This document shows positions 34,217-38,248 of a stretch of DNA of 38,248 nucleotides, one piece after another (position 1 is the stretch's first letter; each line of letters begins with the position of its first letter). Below the pieces are notes generated by a model. That model saw only the letters and a list, made by a program, of their open reading frames with translations, did not search any database and was not told the origin of the DNA. The stretch is from the IMG/VR virus record IMGVR_UViG_2617270960_000007. One strand, 5' to 3'. The position numbers and the translations under genes were made by a program. The DNA is from a virus. Taxonomy: Duplodnaviria > Heunggongvirae > Uroviricota > Caudoviricetes.

Positions 34217-35356
34217 GTGGGAAACAATAAAGTGAAATTAGGAAGAAATGATAAGTGCTGGTGTAATTCAGGACTTAAGTATAAAAAGTGCCATCTTGGT
34301 CGAGACCGTGAAACTCCGGTATCCAAAGCCGAGGCACTGAAATTTTCAAAGTCTCTCTCGCAGAGAAAGGCATGTTATGCGCCAGCATCCATGCACGAAG
34401 ATTGTGATAAACGCATCGTTCAGGCGCATACGATATCTAAGAGCAGTAGCCTTAAGGCGATCGCCGACTCCAGCAATCACGTCATGGGGGTGATAATGAA
34501 CTTAGCAAGCCTGATGAGAAACAACGGAAAATGGCTTCCCGAGAAGATCGGTATCAATCAGGCATCCACTTTTACAGGATTTTGTGCAGTTCATGACAGA
34601 ATCTTGTTTTCATGCCTAGAGAACGAAAAATTTACAGGCACGGACGAGCAGTGCTTTGCCTTAATGTTTCGTTCATTGTCTAAAGAAATTTACGCCAAAG
34701 AAGGGGGAGTGCTATCTTCCGATTTTGCTAAAAATGCCGATAAAGGAAAGCTACAAGTTGAACAGTATTATATTCAGAAATTAATCGACCAGCACCAAAG
34801 TGGCTTAAATGCAGCAATAATTGAATTAAATAATCTTAAAACTAGCCTCGACCGCATCCTACTTAGCAGGCAATTTTCAGAAATTGAAAGTGTTATCTTC
34901 ACTTTTGCAGAGCCTTTACCAATTGTAGTTTCGTCAATTCTTTCACCGGAGAGGGATTTCGATGGGACCAAAATTCAGGATTTGAGCGATCTTACAGTGT
35001 CGGCGGAACAAGTATGTTTCAATGCTTTTTCCTGCGGAGGTAAGGGATATGTAGTGTTCAGTTGGCTGAGAACTTCAACAATTATCAGACGTTTTATACG
35101 GACACTAATTAAGATCCCGGCTAACAGGATGTTCAATACCCTTCTGTATTTTTTCTTCACAAAGGCCGAAAATATATATTCATCCCCTGAGTGGTGGGAC
35201 AGGCTCAGTGATAAACAGCGAGAGAATATCGGCAACATGATTATGTCAGGGGTTGAATTTTTTGGCAGACCTACATCACAGGTTGATCATTCCGTTGATT
35301 ATAACGCCGCTGCACTTGAAGAGATAACATGCAGCAACAACGAAATTTGCAGTTGA
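34217..35356 (+). CDS. SEC-C motif (zinc-binding) domain protein of unknown function, prophage cargo
   Basis: N-terminal GRNDKCWCNSGLKYKKCH matches the SecA C-terminal metal-binding (SEC-C) motif; about 350 further residues with no recognised motif; GTG start (alternative GTG at 34232); AT-rich. Confidence 0.6.
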   Translation: MGNNKVKLGRNDKCWCNSGLKYKKCHLGRDRETPVSKAEALKFSKSLSQRKACYAPASMHEDCDKRIVQAHTISKSSSLKAIADSSNHVMGVIMNLASLMRNNGKWLPEKIGINQASTFTGFCAVHDRILFSCLENEKFTGTDEQCFALMFRSLSKEIYAKEGGVLSSDFAKNADKGKLQVEQYYIQKLIDQHQSGLNAAIIELNNLKTSLDRILLSRQFSEIESVIFTFAEPLPIVVSSILSPERDFDGTKIQDLSDLTVSAEQVCFNAFSCGGKGYVVFSWLRTSTIIRRFIRTLIKIPANRMFNTLLYFFFTKAENIYSSPEWWDRLSDKQRENIGNMIMSGVEFFGRPTSQVDHSVDYNAAALEEITCSNNEICS

Positions 35357-35645
35357 ATGTTTACATGCTGTTAGAAAAAGCGGGCTGAACAATCATTTCG
35401 GGATTGTAACAGATAAGATGGCACTGCCCGCTTGCTTCCCGATATGTACCTCAGCCAATAAACTTATGTAAGCAACCGATTTCCATTTATGCGGAGGTTA
35501 TCAAAGTTGTTGGAGTTGCGAACTTCCGCTCTTCGCACAAAGCGTACCGCTAGGTTTGATTGTATTCTGGCTGCGCAAACTGTCAGTTGGAGTCTGAGCT
35601 ATTACAACTTAGAATAGCGGCAGCACCACGTTAAGGGAGGTCGCT

Positions 35646-35906
35646 ATGTTCCGTTGTCCGCTTTGTGGCGCATCTGCCCGAATCCGCACCAGTCGTCCGG
35701 AAAACGATTCAAACACTGTGCGGCAAAAGTATTACCAGTGTAACAACCTGGAATGCGGCGTATGCTTCTCAACACTGGAAGCTTTCCATAAATTCACATC
35801 AAAACACGCCTCCGGCGTTCACTCTTCGGAAGGTATCCCGTGGCATGAGCTGCCAGCTTCACACAGGGGAAACAATCAGATGAGTTTGCCTTTACCTCAG
35901 AATTAA
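35646..35906 (+). CDS. ogr: Late gene transcriptional activator, Ogr/Delta zinc-finger family
   Basis: MFRCPLCGASARIRTSR...YYQCNNLECGVCFSTLEAF carries the Cys-X2-Cys...Cys-X4-Cys pattern and resembles P2 Ogr as recalled; SD AAGGGAGG upstream. Confidence 0.85.
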   Translation: MFRCPLCGASARIRTSRPENDSNTVRQKYYQCNNLECGVCFSTLEAFHKFTSKHASGVHSSEGIPWHELPASHRGNNQMSLPLPQN

Positions 35907-36097
35907 CAGGCAGAATTGCCGGAGTAACAAAAAAACGATAGATTACCCGCGGGTGCCTTTCGGCTGATGGTCGGAGGGAATACCCGAAGGCCGGATGTGG
36001 AAAGGCCCCGGAAAACATTTCTGTTTAACCGAGGCCCTAACATATCTACCTTAAGCAAGTGATAGGTTAGCGCCTCTCCAACAAAGGAGCAAGCGCT

Positions 36098-36238
36098 ATG
36101 TCGCAAAAATCGCTTACGGCCATCACGTTCTGCGTGACGGTAATCCTCATCATCTGGATGCTACACGGTTCGCTGTGTGAAATACGGATGAGCTTCTGGG
36201 GAGCGGAGTTTGCGGCGTTCTTACAGTGTAAGCAGTAA
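36098..36238 (+). CDS. Hok/Gef-family type I toxin (small membrane peptide)
   Basis: 46 aa MSQKSLTAITFCVTVILIIWMLHGSLCEIRMSFWGAEFAAFLQCKQ: one TM helix followed by the SLCEIR...(E)xAAF signature of Hok/Gef; terminator hairpin follows. Confidence 0.6.
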   Translation: MSQKSLTAITFCVTVILIIWMLHGSLCEIRMSFWGAEFAAFLQCKQ

Positions 36239-36326
36239 GGAAACCGCGACGGGGGAGCAATCCCCCGTCAATCGGTTGCTAAGGTTGGCTGAAGTGGCAC
36301 CCTATCTCACAGACATGAACAACAAA

Positions 36327-36358
36327 CCCGCAGCGTAAGAACTGCGGGTTTTCTTTTT
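36327..36358 (+). terminator. Rho-independent terminator downstream of hok-like gene
   Basis: cccgcag-cgtaagaa-ctgcggg followed by ttttcttttt. Confidence 0.6.
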
Positions 36359-36426
36359 GGAACTATCACTAGCTAGTGTACCGTTAACGGCACATAATGC
36401 TCGCACAACAAACCTGTTAAAAGAGA

Positions 36427-36708
36427 TTACTCAGCATTCTCCTGCTTCCATTGCCGGATCATTTCATCGGTAACATCACCCTCATAACATACCACGTCAT
36501 ACCCTCCATTACGGCTATATGCACTGCGTCCACCACATCTACTACCATTCCTTGCATGATTATAAGGACACGCACAATTGCCTGGATAAGATTCAATGGA
36601 TTCTTTAATTATTTCTTTTTTGATCTGAGCATCAGACTTTCCTGTTGCTGCATATCCACTAAAAGATACTAAACAAAGGCAGATTGCCATTAATAAACCA
36701 CATCGCAT
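36427..36708 (-). CDS. Small cysteine-rich secreted protein, unknown function
   Basis: Likely start MRCGLLMAICLCLVSFSGYAATG (signal peptide); mature part has 4 Cys in GNCACPYNHARNGSRCGG...VVCYEG; the track ORF extends to 36822 but its upstream part lacks a signal sequence. Confidence 0.4.
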   Translation of the reverse strand: MRCGLLMAICLCLVSFSGYAATGKSDAQIKKEIIKESIESYPGNCACPYNHARNGSRCGGRSAYSRNGGYDVVCYEGDVTDEMIRQWKQENAE

Positions 36709-36944
36709 ACCGATACACTCTATTACTAACCAATCATAGCCCACATCATAAAATCGAGATGAGGAGCACAATACCTTTAACAAGAAGGTGTCATAACGAT
36801 AATATGTCGTGCAATTCATCAAAAAAAAGATCTATATCAAAGAGATAGAACTCTTATCAGTGCTTCAGACATCGGCATTCGAGGCAGCAGAAAAACAGTA
36901 AATCTGACGAATTTGCCTTTTCCCAAGATGTTGTCAGATTAAAA

Positions 36945-37095
36945 AGATAGATTAGCGCAGGTACCTGTTGGGGGATTGCAGGAGGAAAAATGAAGTCGAG
37001 TGGAAAAATCCCAGAAAAATTTTTGTTTAACAGAGGTCCTGGTTCACTATACGAAATACGGAGGAGCTGCAGAAGAATTCTGCTTCATCCTTAGA
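36945..37095 (+). pseudogene. Degenerate second copy of the hok-like locus (leader plus 3-prime part of toxin ORF, internal deletion)
   Basis: Segment gaaaaatttttgtttaacagaggtcct...ggttcactatacgaaatacggaggagc aligns with 35990-36040 and 36166-36195 of the intact copy, but the toxin TM-coding portion is missing. Confidence 0.35.
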
Positions 37096-37180
37096 GTTTA
37101 AACAGCACGTGCACTACCACTGTTTCTGCATATCGCCACACCATCGCCACTCTACCGCCATTGCACAAAATACAAATACG

Positions 37181-37204
37181 AAAAAACCACCCGAAGGTGG
37201 TTTC
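37181..37204 (-). terminator. Terminator of tRNA operon (minus strand)
   Basis: On minus strand: accacc-ttcg-ggtggt hairpin followed by tttttt, about 45 nt downstream of tRNA-Leu. Confidence 0.6.
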
Positions 37205-37246
37205 ACGACACTGCTTATTGCTTTGATTTTATTCTTATCTTTCCCA

Positions 37247-37333
37247 TGGTACCCGGAGCGGGACTTGAACCCGCACAGCGCGAACGCCGAGGGATTTTAA
37301 ATCCCTTGTGTCTACCGATTCCACCATCCGGGC
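37247..37333 (-). tRNA. leuZ: tRNA-Leu (anticodon UAA)
   Basis: 87-nt minus-strand sequence GCCCGGATGGTGGAATCGGTAGACACAAGGGATTTAAAATCCC...GGGTACCA with long variable arm; anticodon loop uuUAAaa. Confidence 0.9.
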
Positions 37334-37345
37334 TCGGGAAGAAAG

Positions 37346-37419
37346 TGGAGGCGCGTTCCGGAGTCGAACCGGACTAGACGGATTTGCAATCCGCTACATA
37401 ACCGCTTTGTTAACGCGCC
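37346..37419 (-). tRNA. cysT: tRNA-Cys (anticodon GCA)
   Basis: 74-nt minus-strand sequence GGCGCGTTAACAAAGCGGTTATGTAGCGGATTGCAAATCCG...CGCCTCCA; anticodon GCA. Confidence 0.9.
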
Positions 37420-37472
37420 AAATTCTTCAGGCCTTTCAGCCAGACATCCGCTGACGCCGATGTCTTTTAAAC

Positions 37473-37548
<76 letters not shown>

Positions 37549-37699
37549 ATTCATCAAGCAATCAGTTAATCACTTGATTTTATTATCGTCTGGCAATCAG
37601 TGCCGCCGTTCGATGCGTTGCATTCTACTTACCTGGCGCGATGAGTCAACGATATTTTTCACCACTTTTGATCGTTTGCTGAAAATTGCGCCGAAACGA

Positions 37700-38248
37700 T
37701 CACTGATCAAGCAAATCTGCACGCGCAGCGCTCAAATATTGCAACATTGACCACAGAGTCAGTACCGCAGCCACAAAGAAAAGTGCAATACCGGCGTACT
37801 CAACCCAAATGTTCGGACGCCACAGCAGCCAGGCCAACGCCACCATCTGGGCAGTGGTTTTCACTTTCCCAATCCAGGAGACAGCCACGCTACTGCGTTT
37901 ACCCAACTCCGCCATCCATTCGCGTAGCGCAGAAATAATAATTTCACGGGCGATCATCGTTGCCGCCGGTAAGGTCACCCACCAGCTGTGATAATGCTCG
38001 GTTACCAGCACCATGGCGATAGCCACGAGAACTTTATCTGCTACAGGGTCAAGGAAAGCACCAAACCGGGTACTCTGGTTCCAGCGGCGTGCCAGAAAAC
38101 CATCGAACCAGTCAGTTACCGCCGCGACGCAGAAAATGAGCGCGGCGGCAAACGGCGACCAGGTGACAGGCAGATAAAAGACCAATACAAAGAATGGGAT
38201 AAGGATGACACGGAACAGTGTAAGCAACGTAGGGATATTAAATTGCAT
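37700..38248 (-). CDS. pgsA: CDP-diacylglycerol--glycerol-3-phosphate 3-phosphatidyltransferase (phosphatidylglycerophosphate synthase)
   Basis: 182 aa [20 protein letters not shown]...[10 protein letters not shown]...[10 protein letters not shown] carries the CDP-alcohol phosphatidyltransferase motif and matches E. coli PgsA essentially throughout; sits upstream of glyW-cysT-leuZ as in E. coli. Confidence 0.95.

Overview
The window is an essentially complete P2-like (Peduovirus-type) prophage, running from the stop codon of its integrase (pos 1) to ogr (about 35.9 kb), followed by a short junction region and host genes. Host genes are the tRNA operon glyW-cysT-leuZ and pgsA, whose protein matches E. 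coli/Shigella PgsA. Gene order follows the P2 prophage map: int, immunity region, early ORFs, replication gene A, a cargo island, cos region, Q-P (minus strand), O-N-M-L capsid genes, lysis cassette, R-S-V-W-J-I-H-G tail/baseplate genes, then FI-FII-E-T-U, D and ogr. Three visibly AT-rich islands interrupt this backbone (composition judged by eye, not computed): (1) a repressor-linked operon next to int encoding a C-terminally membrane-anchored protein and a YebY-like periplasmic protein; (2) a two-gene AAA+ ATPase plus S8 subtilisin-like protease cassette immediately downstream of gene A, where P2 carries tin/old, which is the strongest candidate for an anti-phage system; (3) a SEC-C-motif protein inserted between D and ogr. 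Other notable points: the FI-FII-E-T-U tail module is inverted relative to canonical P2; the gpS homolog is interrupted by an in-frame TAG; tail fiber H contains three perfect 168-bp tandem repeats; and a hok-like toxin gene with a degenerate second copy lies between ogr and the tRNA operon. No CRISPR array, rRNA or IS element was seen. All homology calls are from motif recognition and synteny by eye; no searches were run.
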